From IMG/VR virus record IMGVR_UViG_3300012952_000056, positions 1 to 34,991 of that record: a stretch of DNA of 34,991 bases; one strand, 5' to 3'. The notes under the pieces are model-generated. The model made no database searches and had not been told where the DNA came from. It saw only the letters and a list, made by a program, of their open reading frames with translations. Both the position numbers and the translations under genes were made by a program. Source of the stretch: a virus. Its lineage: Duplodnaviria; Caudoviricetes. Shown in pieces: positions 25,934 to 34,991 of the stretch; the first letter of the stretch is position 1; the number at the start of each line of letters is the position of its first letter.

Positions 25934-28900
25934 TTAACCTGCTAACGCCGCGGCTGGCGGCGTAAAATTATTTGTGTATATTGCTTGACCTCTTACTATT
26001 CTTAAATTAGATATATAACCTTTAAATAAATTGCTATCTCCACCAGTTGGGGTCTTTCCTATAAGGAAATCTTCAGAATTTCCACCAGTGTTCCAACTTG
26101 TAGATGTTCCTGAATTAAAACCATTAATAAATACTGTGTGGGTATTGCTAGAAGCTGTCATTGTTACCGCAATATGAACCCATTTGTTATGTCCAATACT
26201 GTCTGCTGCAGTGGCAACCCATGCTGCATTTCCAAGTCCAGTTTGAATTTTATCATCTGCCTCTTTAAAAGATATGTACCACCCTGTTGCACCACTACCA
26301 GACCCAGTCATCTTTGAAATAAGACCAGTAGGAGTACCACCAGATCCAGGTTGTTCTCCATCCAACCACATCCAAAATTCTGCTGTCCAATCTGCTGTTT
26401 GATCTAAATTAAAATCAGCATGTGATGATATTGTAAGATAATCTCCTGTACCATCTAAGTATATTGATTTCATACCATCCGCAGGTCCGAAATTGCTAAC
26501 GGCTGCATTTCCACTTGCTGTTACCGTATGACCAGTAGCTGAACCATCAGTTATACTTGCAGCATGAGCAGTTAATAATTTTGTATTTGATGCTGTTACT
26601 GTAATCCCACTTTGAACCGAAGTTGACGTTGTAAGTGTTTCTTTTAAAGGTATGAAGGGATATCTAGATAAATCTTTTGTAAGTCTAAAATCTTCTATAT
26701 GTCCATCCATTGTTTCAGTTAATGCACCTACTGTTGTACCAATAGCAAAAGCTTCAGCTGAAAAATCTGTAGTTGAAGCGTAGTCACTCCCTTTTTGGAC
26801 ACCATTTAGATATCCTCGTATCACACCATTACTCCTTACAAATGCCACATGATACCACGTACTACCTGATATTTGACTTGCTGCTTCAATTTTTCTAGCA
26901 GAACTAGATACTTGATCGTACCAAACAAAATCACCGTCTGCATCTGTGCCACAGTTAAACCCTGTTGCTCCTCTTGTGCTACTAAACCAACTTTGATAAT
27001 TAGAAAGAGTGTCGTGATAAATCCATGCTTCGAGTGTAAAATCACCAGATCCTAATCCCTGAGTAACATCGAACGTAATATAATCGCCAGTTCCATCAAA
27101 ATCCATATTCGAAGATGCATATTTCAATGAACCTGTAGATGATTTAGTATTGCCTACTAGCTGTATATTACCTCCTGTATTATTATAAATACCAGAAGAT
27201 GCTCCAAGTAAATATTGGGTACCAGTACTTGCAGCTAATTTTGCAGTAGGTGGTGTAAAATTACTTGTGTATACGGCTGTATTATGAATTCTAAAATCTG
27301 ATATATATCCTCCAATAGTTCTATTTGCATGTCCTGCGTCATATGCCTGTGTGCCTATAAATGCTCTACCTGTCGGAGCAGCAGGCAATGCACCGGTCAT
27401 TGAAACCGGACCAGTTTTCTTTACTCCGTTTATATATACACTGACTTGATTACTTGCCCTAACAAAGGCAACATGCTGCCAGTGACCTCGTTGTATATCG
27501 CCATTTGTACCTGACAAAATTGAACCAGGTTGAAATACAACAGGTTCTCCATTAGCTCCCCAACCAATATATACAAAATTTGAAGATGAATTATCATTAT
27601 GCGCACCCGCGCTATAAAGAGCATTGGCCCATGGATTGTAAACTTTGTTATTGAATACCCAGGCTTCTATTGTAAAATCATTTAGACCATCTGTACCAAT
27701 ATCATTATGACTGAGATAATCACCGTCACCATCACCAAAGTAAGAAATACCGTGATCTGCAGGAGTATATGGGGCATATTTATAAGGTGAACCTATTGTC
27801 TTTGGAGTTCCAATATTAGCAGTAATAGCATGACTATCACCAGAATTGTCTTTTAGTATCGGATAAGCTTGTATCAACAATTTTGTATTTGTTATAGCAG
27901 TTAATTTTACAGTAGGCGGTACAAACACTCCAGTATAAACTGCTGTACCAACTACAAGACGTAGGTCACGTATATGCCCTTTAAAGTCTGCATTACCGGA
28001 GCTATAAGAACCCATTCTAGGTCTTGGTTGAGAACTATTATGGGTACCTATTGATGAACTATAAGTACCTGATTTATTTAATGCTCCATCAATGTATGAT
28101 GTTAGGGTTGTGCCTGATCTAACTACAGCAACGTGATGCCATTTCCCATCATCGACAGCTATTGTTCCAGCCAGATCTAAATCACCAGAATTTGACCACA
28201 TATCAACAGAACCTGACGTTGGATTTATAGCCAATTGTAAATTACCATTACTATTTCCGCTAGGTCCATCGTGTAAGTATATTCGTCTCCAGTAAGTATC
28301 AGTGGTTTTAGTTTCACAAGTTATCCAACATTCAAGAGTAAAATTACCAGTTCCTATTAAAAAATTACCAGATGCTGCAACATCAACCTGATCAGCATCA
28401 CCATCAAAGTACATGCTATAACCAGCCGGGTGATGTGGAGTAAATGATGATACTTGAGCAGTACCATTTGCAGTAATTGAATGAGTATTTGTTGAGCCAT
28501 CTGTAAATGCACTAGCAACATTATTTCCAGATGCTTTTGCTAGAACTTTAGAAAATTGTGAATTTGTAATAGTAGCATCAAATGATAATGTAAAAGTTGA
28601 TGCAGCTGTAGCTATATTAACTCCATCAGATGCCTTAAATGTAACAGTACCAGTAGGCATGATATCTGAACCTGCAGAATCTCGTGTCTTAGGTTCTATA
28701 ATAAATTTATTAACATTTGTTCCTGTAGAATCTTGTGCTATATGAGCCATATTGTTGAATGCAGTATCTGTTGTAGCAGACCATGTTAAACCAACACCTT
28801 CTGAATCTCTAGCTCTTAAAATAATATCAGTTTGAGTACCATTTTTATATGCTGTAGCATCAGTAGCTAAAGCATAAGATCCACTTGGTTGTGTTACCCA

Positions 28901-29146
28901 AACTGGAGTTGTATTAATAATAGCAACATTATGCCAACCAGCACCGGTATGAATATAAAGTCTATCAGAATCAGTTGTAAAACCTAAACTACCAGCATTA
29001 GTTGAATCATAACTGCCTGGTAAATTAGCTTTAGTTGCATAAGTAGTAAGACCAGAAACAGAAAGACCTCCAGCTAAAGTAATATTATTTTTACTAACTG
29101 CTTGTCCTAAACTACTAGCTAAATCTCTTGCTCTTGTTTCTACCAT
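25934..29146 (-). CDS. Virion structural/adhesin-like protein with about four LamG (ConA-like) domains
   Basis: Repeated FDGxGD...FTxExW...W.HVA.VR...YING...G.I.D.R...YT..F.PP units. Confidence 0.88.
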   Translation of the reverse strand: MVETRARDLASSLGQAVSKNNITLAGGLSVSGLTTYATKANLPGSYDSTNAGSLGFTTDSDRLYIHTGAGWHNVAIINTTPVWVTQPSGSYALATDATAYKNGTQTDIILRARDSEGVGLTWSATTDTAFNNMAHIAQDSTGTNVNKFIIEPKTRDSAGSDIMPTGTVTFKASDGVNIATAASTFTLSFDATITNSQFSKVLAKASGNNVASAFTDGSTNTHSITANGTAQVSSFTPHHPAGYSMYFDGDADQVDVAASGNFLIGTGNFTLECWITCETKTTDTYWRRIYLHDGPSGNSNGNLQLAINPTSGSVDMWSNSGDLDLAGTIAVDDGKWHHVAVVRSGTTLTSYIDGALNKSGTYSSSIGTHNSSQPRPRMGSYSSGNADFKGHIRDLRLVVGTAVYTGVFVPPTVKLTAITNTKLLIQAYPILKDNSGDSHAITANIGTPKTIGSPYKYAPYTPADHGISYFGDGDGDYLSHNDIGTDGLNDFTIEAWVFNNKVYNPWANALYSAGAHNDNSSSNFVYIGWGANGEPVVFQPGSILSGTNGDIQRGHWQHVAFVRASNQVSVYINGVKKTGPVSMTGALPAAPTGRAFIGTQAYDAGHANRTIGGYISDFRIHNTAVYTSNFTPPTAKLAASTGTQYLLGASSGIYNNTGGNIQLVGNTKSSTGSLKYASSNMDFDGTGDYITFDVTQGLGSGDFTLEAWIYHDTLSNYQSWFSSTRGATGFNCGTDADGDFVWYDQVSSSARKIEAASQISGSTWYHVAFVRSNGVIRGYLNGVQKGSDYASTTDFSAEAFAIGTTVGALTETMDGHIEDFRLTKDLSRYPFIPLKETLTTSTSVQSGITVTASNTKLLTAHAASITDGSATGHTVTASGNAAVSNFGPADGMKSIYLDGTGDYLTISSHADFNLDQTADWTAEFWMWLDGEQPGSGGTPTGLISKMTGSGSGATGWYISFKEADDKIQTGLGNAAWVATAADSIGHNKWVHIAVTMTASSNTHTVFINGFNSGTSTSWNTGGNSEDFLIGKTPTGGDSNLFKGYISNLRIVRGQAIYTNNFTPPAAALAG

Positions 29147-29409
29147 TACGCGGCTTCTCCTATTTTAAGACTATACCAACCACTGGCTGTATACGGATCT
29201 CCGTCATGAGTTATATAGATGTACACATATTTTCTCGCACCTGCTGATACATAAGCCATATCACCTTCATTAGCACTACCTGGTAAAGCACCTAATGTCG
29301 AATAATGGGTAACAGCTTGAGTAGATAAATCACCACTTAAAGTTATAGTATTATCTTTAACCACTCTACCAGCCCTTCTGGCTATTTTTCTATTTAGTGT
29401 CTCAGCCAT
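29146..29409 (-). CDS. Small virion-associated protein (N-terminal module only)
   Basis: Likely start MAETLNR at 29409, just after the upstream stop; LP..ANEGDMAYV...YVY...GW module. Confidence 0.7.
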   Translation of the reverse strand: MAETLNRKIARRAGRVVKDNTITLSGDLSTQAVTHYSTLGALPGSANEGDMAYVSAGARKYVYIYITHDGDPYTASGWYSLKIGEAA

Positions 29410-29410
29410 T

Positions 29411-30496
29411 TTAAAAATGTGTCGCGGTAATTGTTGCACCTTTAACTAAAGGCCCAAAATAATATCTCGAATAATTTCCGGCTTGGCCACCATTATTACC
29501 GTAATCCATATTTAGACTACACCATGTTACCCAATTGGCAACATCATAACTACTACCGAGAACTCCATCGTAATACTGCAATAACACAGTTCCACTAGGT
29601 CTTCTATCTGGACGTCCATTAGAAAATGTATCAAATCTCAAATAAGTACCAGCTATTTTATCATCTTTTAAAGCGGTGGTAAAATAAAAGAATATGTAAT
29701 CTCTTCCTCCGCTTAATTTATCATCATTTGTACCGCCTGCTGCTTGAGTCTGAATGTATTGTCTTGCATTACTCGTACCTGCTGATTTAAACCAATCTTT
29801 AGTAACAATTTCACTTGTAAAGGTATGTTTTGTTCCAGAAAATAAATTATCGTCGCCTCTCCAAAAACCGTATTTACCAGCAGCTACACTAGCATCGTCT
29901 GCTATTGGAGTTAATTCTGATCCGTATCCTGAAACGGTACCAGCTATTATATTTTTATTATTATTATTTGCTGTGGTACTATCTGTAATCCAACCCATTT
30001 CACCATCATCTTCATTTTCATGATCCCAATAAGAACTACCCCAAGCAGAACCGCTTTGAACAAATATTCTCCATAATTGTGAACCAAAATTCAGTTTAAA
30101 AGTTTTTATACTTGTACTTGTTCGAATGCCGTCTGAAGCAGTGTATCTTAATTTAAGCTGATTTTTAGTAGAATTACCAGATCCATCCGAATCAGCTGAT
30201 CTTGTAAGAAATCTATATTTACCGGTACCAGCACTATCAGTTATTTGAGCAGGATGCAATAATTGAGGAGGTAAATTAGATGAATCATTTTTATAAAATG
30301 TTGCACTAGCTGAATCAAAATAATTAACTCCGTAAGTAATTGGAAAACCCTCTGGATCCTTTGCTAACATAGTAGTATTTGCTGAATCAGTAGAACCAGA
30401 TACTGGACTTATTGCTAAATTTGAAGGTTCAGTAATTATATTAGGATCGGCATCATTACCGAATGCAGATTTTCTTCTTGCTCTAGTTATTGCCAT
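29411..30496 (-). CDS. Virion structural protein (Ig-like module + variable C-terminal domain)
   Basis: AKDPEG.PITY...YTASDG Ig/cadherin-like unit, paralogous to neighbours. Confidence 0.78.
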   Translation of the reverse strand: MAITRARRKSAFGNDADPNIITEPSNLAISPVSGSTDSANTTMLAKDPEGFPITYGVNYFDSASATFYKNDSSNLPPQLLHPAQITDSAGTGKYRFLTRSADSDGSGNSTKNQLKLRYTASDGIRTSTSIKTFKLNFGSQLWRIFVQSGSAWGSSYWDHENEDDGEMGWITDSTTANNNNKNIIAGTVSGYGSELTPIADDASVAAGKYGFWRGDDNLFSGTKHTFTSEIVTKDWFKSAGTSNARQYIQTQAAGGTNDDKLSGGRDYIFFYFTTALKDDKIAGTYLRFDTFSNGRPDRRPSGTVLLQYYDGVLGSSYDVANWVTWCSLNMDYGNNGGQAGNYSRYYFGPLVKGATITATHF

Positions 30497-30524
30497 ATTT
30501 TTATCCTATATACCTCTTTTGCCA

Positions 30525-31658
30525 TTATTGTGTTTCAAAACCGCTAGGTATTGAGTAAGTTAAATCATTACCCATTTTCACAGTCCCGGAAAATGATGGA
30601 GTCTGAGTTCCACTACTAAAAGATAAACACAGAGCATCAGTTAAATCTCCAGTTGGAAGAGCATGACCAGCTTCAGTAGCTGGATTATGATTAGTTCCCC
30701 AAGTACCATTTAAACCAAACCAACACTTATTATTATCTGTATCCCAAGCTAACATCATTCTATCTCCTTGAGCATAATTTAAATTGAAGCTTTGTTCATA
30801 ACCACCAATTCCATATAAATTTCCAGTATTGTTGTACCACTGCTTTGTGGTATTATTGGCCCAACCCATTCCACCTCCAGCTTTACCAAATCCAAACATG
30901 GACCCCACTCCACCGGATATTGCACCTATAAGTATTTCCATATATCTTTTCCCATTCCGTAAAATAGGACCTTGTACACCAGCAGTGCTACTAGTAGTAA
31001 CGGTAAATGAATTTGTATAAGTTCCATTATAAGAAGACCATCCAGTCAATTCAAAATCAAGACTTACACTATACGTTATAGAAAATTGTCTAACAACAGA
31101 AGTAGATCTTAGTCCATCTGTAGCTATGTATCTAACCTGTAATGGTATCGCAATATTATTCCCAGAACCATCAGATTCTTTCATTCCAGCAGCTGTAGCT
31201 CCACTAGTTAAAAATCTATAAGTAGCAGTTTTAGCTCCATTACTATCGGCTGAACCTAAAGTTATCTGAGCCGGATGCAATAACTGAGGAGGTAAATTAG
31301 ATGAATCATTAGGGTAAAATTTTCTAGAACTATCATGTTGAAAATTAACATCATAGGATATATTCCAACCGTCCGGGTCTATTGCCTTAAATGTTGCAGT
31401 AGCAGAATCCTTAGTTGCATTACCACCTTGGGTTTCTATTGCTGACGGGCTTATTTGTACGACAGGTCCTTCATTTGCTCCTGACATTTGAATCCAATTA
31501 GCACCATTATATAAATGCAAAGTTTTTTCTTTAGTAGCAAATTTTAAGTCACCACCAGCGCCAGTACCTAAAGCAATCGGACCATCAGAATCTACTACTT
31601 CTACTCCACCTCCAACTGCATTATTCACGGTCTTTAAAAATGTCGAAAGTTTTGCCAT
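30525..31658 (-). CDS. Virion structural protein (Ig-like module + SPRY-like C-terminal domain)
   Basis: GKRYMEI...FG...GDRMMLAWDTDNNKCWFGLNGTW SPRY-like pattern. Confidence 0.8.
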   Translation of the reverse strand: MAKLSTFLKTVNNAVGGGVEVVDSDGPIALGTGAGGDLKFATKEKTLHLYNGANWIQMSGANEGPVVQISPSAIETQGGNATKDSATATFKAIDPDGWNISYDVNFQHDSSRKFYPNDSSNLPPQLLHPAQITLGSADSNGAKTATYRFLTSGATAAGMKESDGSGNNIAIPLQVRYIATDGLRSTSVVRQFSITYSVSLDFELTGWSSYNGTYTNSFTVTTSSTAGVQGPILRNGKRYMEILIGAISGGVGSMFGFGKAGGGMGWANNTTKQWYNNTGNLYGIGGYEQSFNLNYAQGDRMMLAWDTDNNKCWFGLNGTWGTNHNPATEAGHALPTGDLTDALCLSFSSGTQTPSFSGTVKMGNDLTYSIPSGFETQ

Positions 31659-34600
31659 TTACATCTCCGTAATTACCCAACCTTGAGTATTGTCTACATA
31701 GACAAAACCCACGGCCGATCTATTTATATCAATTATGAAATCTGAATCTGCTCCATGTATTTTACTACTATTTCTTCCGATTGTCACATTATTTGTACCT
31801 GCAATACCATAAGCATCAACAACTTTTACTTCTGCACCAGCTGAAGGACTTGCTGGTAATGTTACTGTAAAAGCCCCACCGGTTGTATTAGTCAAAACTC
31901 CTTGACCAGCAACTGCCGTATAATTACTTGTTTTTAATGATTGCCAAGAAACACCACCACCACTAGATCGAGCAGAAACATAGTCAGAATCAATTAATGC
32001 CGTAACACCAGTAGTATCTAAATTATCTGTAAAAGTTGATATATTAATAATATCTGCACTATCAGCACCAGATGCCAGCACAACTTGTGTTCCATTAGTG
32101 GCAGTATAATCATCACTATCTGTTAATAAAATACCATTTAAATGAACTTGTACATTACCACTTGAATATGACAATGCATTACCTTTTAAATCATTTCCAC
32201 CAAAAGTAGTTTGTGCAGAATCAGCTTCATATTTAAATCTTGTTATTGATGCTGTACTACTTCTACCAAAAACAGAAACCGATAAAATATCATCTGAATC
32301 AGCGGCAGATGTAAGCGTTATTCTATTGTTACCAGCACTTTCAATATAGTCATTTGTTTTCTTTAATAAAATACCATTGTGATGTACTTGAACTTGATTG
32401 GCAGAAAAAGACAATGACGATCCATCCGCATCGGTTCCGGAGAATTGTGTTTGACCAGATGTAGCAAAATATTCATAAAAAGTTGCTGCAGCATTTGTCG
32501 TTGAACCACCGGTACCACTAATAGTAATAGTTTTAGTAGCACCAGAGCCTGTAGCTGTCACTGAAGAACCTACAAAATTTAATGTAGTTGCCGCAGTAGA
32601 TAAACTACTACCTTCTTCTTGAATTGTTAATGAACCACCTCCACTATTTGCATCCACATATGCTTTAACGGATTGTTGGCTAGGTAATCTAGTGGCACTA
32701 TTTGAAGACATATTATCTTCATCAATTAATGTAGCTGTAATTAATTTAGATACTTCTCCTGAATCCACATAGTCTGTATATAATACTGGAATATCTGCTG
32801 TTCTTGCAATAATACCAGTAGTAGCAGGTAAAGTTAATGTTACGTTACCAGAATAATTAGCATGAGCAGTTGATTGAATTCTTGTATAATGTGCGTTACT
32901 TGTTTCACAATATAAATCTACTTTAGATACCGAACCACTATTTTTAATCGCAATAGAACCACTCGATATTGTAACACCTGGGCTAGATAAACCAGGAGCA
33001 CTATCAATAATGACTGAACCATCAGCCAAATTGGAATCAACCATTTTATCTACATTGGCAGAATCAATATTAAGTGTTCTATTTGATGCAATTGTACCAC
33101 CACCTGATAAACCTTTACCAGCAATAATAGAAACTGCACTATGATCTATATGTTCGTTGGCTACAAATCCAGATAAATTATCGTGAACAATATCACCATC
33201 AGTAGTAGTAATTGCACCAGTACCAGAATTATATGTAATACCAGTTCCGCCAGAAAGAAGTTTACGTGCTTCACCGGAATCTACAAAACTTCCACCTAAA
33301 GTTGGAACCGCACTAGCATCTAACTTTAAAGCTAGTGCATCAAAAACTGCATTTTGAGATGGAGCAATATTTGTTGTTCCATTATTAATAGCATCTGCTA
33401 CTGTGAATCCTCTTATATTAGCTGAGTCAACATCAAATACACCAGTACCAGAATTATAAGCTAAACCCTTATTACCAGAAAGATCAGATAATGCAATTCC
33501 ACCAGAACCAGTAATTGTTATAGTTTTAGTAGCTCCAGACCCAGTTGCGGTAACATTTGAACCTACAAAATTTAATGTTGTAGCTGCCGTTGATAAGGAA
33601 CTTCCTTCTTCTTGAACTGTAAGAGAACTACCAGCATTTGCATCTACATAAGCCTTTACAGACTGCTGAGATGGTGGTCTAGTAGCTGAATTTGAAGACA
33701 TATTATCTTCATCTACTAGATTAATTAATTTAGTTACTTCACCTGAATCCACATAATCGGTATATAATTTTGGAATTAATTTAGTTACTTCGCCTGAATC
33801 TACATAATCGGTATATAGTTGTGGTATACCAGCCACGGTAATTGTCTTAGTAGCCCCAGAACCTGATGCAGTAATATTACCACCAACAAAATTTAACGTT
33901 GTAGCGGCAGTGGATAAACTACTACCTTCTTCCTGTACAGTAATTTGCCCACCAACACTACTTGGTGCCCATCTACTATTTCCATTATCCCAGACTAATG
34001 CTTGGCCATCACTAGGTGAAGCATTGTGTACATTTGCTAAAGCAGATATATTAGCAGCGGCTATTCTAGCATCCGCCAAAGTATTTGTTGCCGCTGAATC
34101 TGTACCAGGAGTCGTTCTTAGTTGAACATAAGAACTATCAATTAATTGTGTAGTTAAAGCCGAATCTAATTTTGCGGCTATAGAATTTGTAATGGTTGTA
34201 CTAAAATTAGCATCATCACCTATAGCAGCTGCTAATTCATTTAATGTGTTTAATGCGCCAGGGGCAGAAGCAACTAATCCACTTACTTCTGTATCAACAT
34301 AAGCTTTTACCGATTGTTGACTTGGTGCTCGTGTAGCCGAATTAGAAGACATATTATCTTCATCAATAATATTTGCAGCAATTCTCGCATCGGCTCGGGC
34401 ATTTGTAAAATATAAATTACTAGAACCTTCTGTTATTTCATCGGTATTATCTTTTGTAGCTAATTGAGCATCTACATAAGCTTTTACTGATTGTTGTGAT
34501 GGTAATCTAGTAGCACTATTAGAACCCATATTGTCTTCGTCGATTAATGTAGCTGTAATTCTAGCATTAGCTATAGTAGTAGCTTCGGCTGAATCAACAA

Positions 34601-34991
34601 AATCTGTGCCAAGTGTAGGTATTGTAGGAGTACCTGTTAAATTACCATATGCTCTATAATAAGCTCCATTTTGTCCACCCAGTGTATCGGCATCTATTGT
34701 TAAATTATTAATAAATGTAGCATTAACTCTAGTATCTATTAAACTATTTGCTGCACCGGAATCAATGTAATCCGTTCCAAATTTTGGTATTAATTTTAAT
34801 GCTTCTGCTGAATCAACAAAATCTGTACCTAATACTGGAACTGATATTAAAGATAAAGCTCTTGCTGAGTCTAAAAGTTTTAATGTATTTACTACATAAA
34901 CAGATGCTCTGGAAGAGTCTAAAAGTTTCTTTTCACCTTCTGCTATATTAACAACTTTTGCTGAGTCAAGTGTTGCACTGGCAGATACAGC
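31659..34991 (-). CDS. Large repeat-rich fibre/structural protein (5'-truncated, >1100 aa)
   Basis: Frame stays open from 34529 to the window end (AVSASATLDSAKVV...); contains EGSSNLYFT, APGALNTLNELAAAIGDD and C-terminal VTLPASPSAG...GW fibre modules. Confidence 0.88.
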   Translation of the reverse strand, partial: AVSASATLDSAKVVNIAEGEKKLLDSSRASVYVVNTLKLLDSARALSLISVPVLGTDFVDSAEALKLIPKFGTDYIDSGAANSLIDTRVNATFINNLTIDADTLGGQNGAYYRAYGNLTGTPTIPTLGTDFVDSAEATTIANARITATLIDEDNMGSNSATRLPSQQSVKAYVDAQLATKDNTDEITEGSSNLYFTNARADARIAANIIDEDNMSSNSATRAPSQQSVKAYVDTEVSGLVASAPGALNTLNELAAAIGDDANFSTTITNSIAAKLDSALTTQLIDSSYVQLRTTPGTDSAATNTLADARIAAANISALANVHNASPSDGQALVWDNGNSRWAPSSVGGQITVQEEGSSLSTAATTLNFVGGNITASGSGATKTITVAGIPQLYTDYVDSGEVTKLIPKLYTDYVDSGEVTKLINLVDEDNMSSNSATRPPSQQSVKAYVDANAGSSLTVQEEGSSLSTAATTLNFVGSNVTATGSGATKTITITGSGGIALSDLSGNKGLAYNSGTGVFDVDSANIRGFTVADAINNGTTNIAPSQNAVFDALALKLDASAVPTLGGSFVDSGEARKLLSGGTGITYNSGTGAITTTDGDIVHDNLSGFVANEHIDHSAVSIIAGKGLSGGGTIASNRTLNIDSANVDKMVDSNLADGSVIIDSAPGLSSPGVTISSGSIAIKNSGSVSKVDLYCETSNAHYTRIQSTAHANYSGNVTLTLPATTGIIARTADIPVLYTDYVDSGEVSKLITATLIDEDNMSSNSATRLPSQQSVKAYVDANSGGGSLTIQEEGSSLSTAATTLNFVGSSVTATGSGATKTITISGTGGSTTNAAATFYEYFATSGQTQFSGTDADGSSLSFSANQVQVHHNGILLKKTNDYIESAGNNRITLTSAADSDDILSVSVFGRSSTASITRFKYEADSAQTTFGGNDLKGNALSYSSGNVQVHLNGILLTDSDDYTATNGTQVVLASGADSADIINISTFTDNLDTTGVTALIDSDYVSARSSGGGVSWQSLKTSNYTAVAGQGVLTNTTGGAFTVTLPASPSAGAEVKVVDAYGIAGTNNVTIGRNSSKIHGADSDFIIDINRSAVGFVYVDNTQGWVITEM
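31721..31728 (-). promoter_or_regulatory. Possible internal late promoter TATAAATA
   Basis: TGATATAAATAG (same context as 20815) about 60 nt upstream of the 31658 start. Confidence 0.45.
33723..33817. repeat. 51-bp tandem duplication (LYTDYVDSGEVTKLI)
   Basis: Copies start at 33723 and 33774; a third dispersed copy lies near 32740-32785. Confidence 0.88.

Noticed and set aside
30240-34545. Diversity-generating retroelement TR/VR pair
   Set aside because: Repeats are all in-frame coding with synonymous differences; no non-coding template or reverse transcriptase in the window.
153-34951. All plus-strand ORFs in the track and short alternative-frame minus ORFs (e.g. 1177..1461, 10383..10607, 18158..18598, 22556..22744)
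   Set aside because: Shadows of well-supported minus-strand genes; no SD, promoter or recognisable motifs.

Overview
AT-rich segment of a T4-like myophage genome, probably marine and probably with a proteobacterial host (inference). Essentially all genes lie on the minus strand. In transcription order (right to left) there are four blocks. (1) An island of large repeat-rich LamG/SPRY/Ig-like virion proteins sits where portal gene 20 normally lies. (2) Head genes: gp67-like, an internal/core protein, gp21, gp22 and gp23, followed by a radical SAM-SPASM enzyme and gp3. (3) The recombination/replication core: uvsY, uvsW, gp55, gp47, gp46, gp45, gp44, gp62, regA and gp43, interrupted by a PRTase, GMP reductase, tRNA-Ala, hsp20 and a GH108 lysozyme. 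(4) A putative DNA-glycosylation cluster (PMM, MazG/DR2231-like, two GREB1/TAGT-like glycosyltransferases), an AEP-like primase and a DNA ligase. The most notable signals are a strong Asp-Ser (DS) dipeptide enrichment in virion proteins, including a capsid loop (candidate O-glycosylation sequon), the tandem TAGT cluster, a ROSE-like RNA thermometer on hsp20, leaderless promoter-ATG architecture on key replication genes, an orphan antisense promoter next to gp55, and a tRNA nested in an open reading frame. All family assignments are from motif recognition by eye; no database searches were run.
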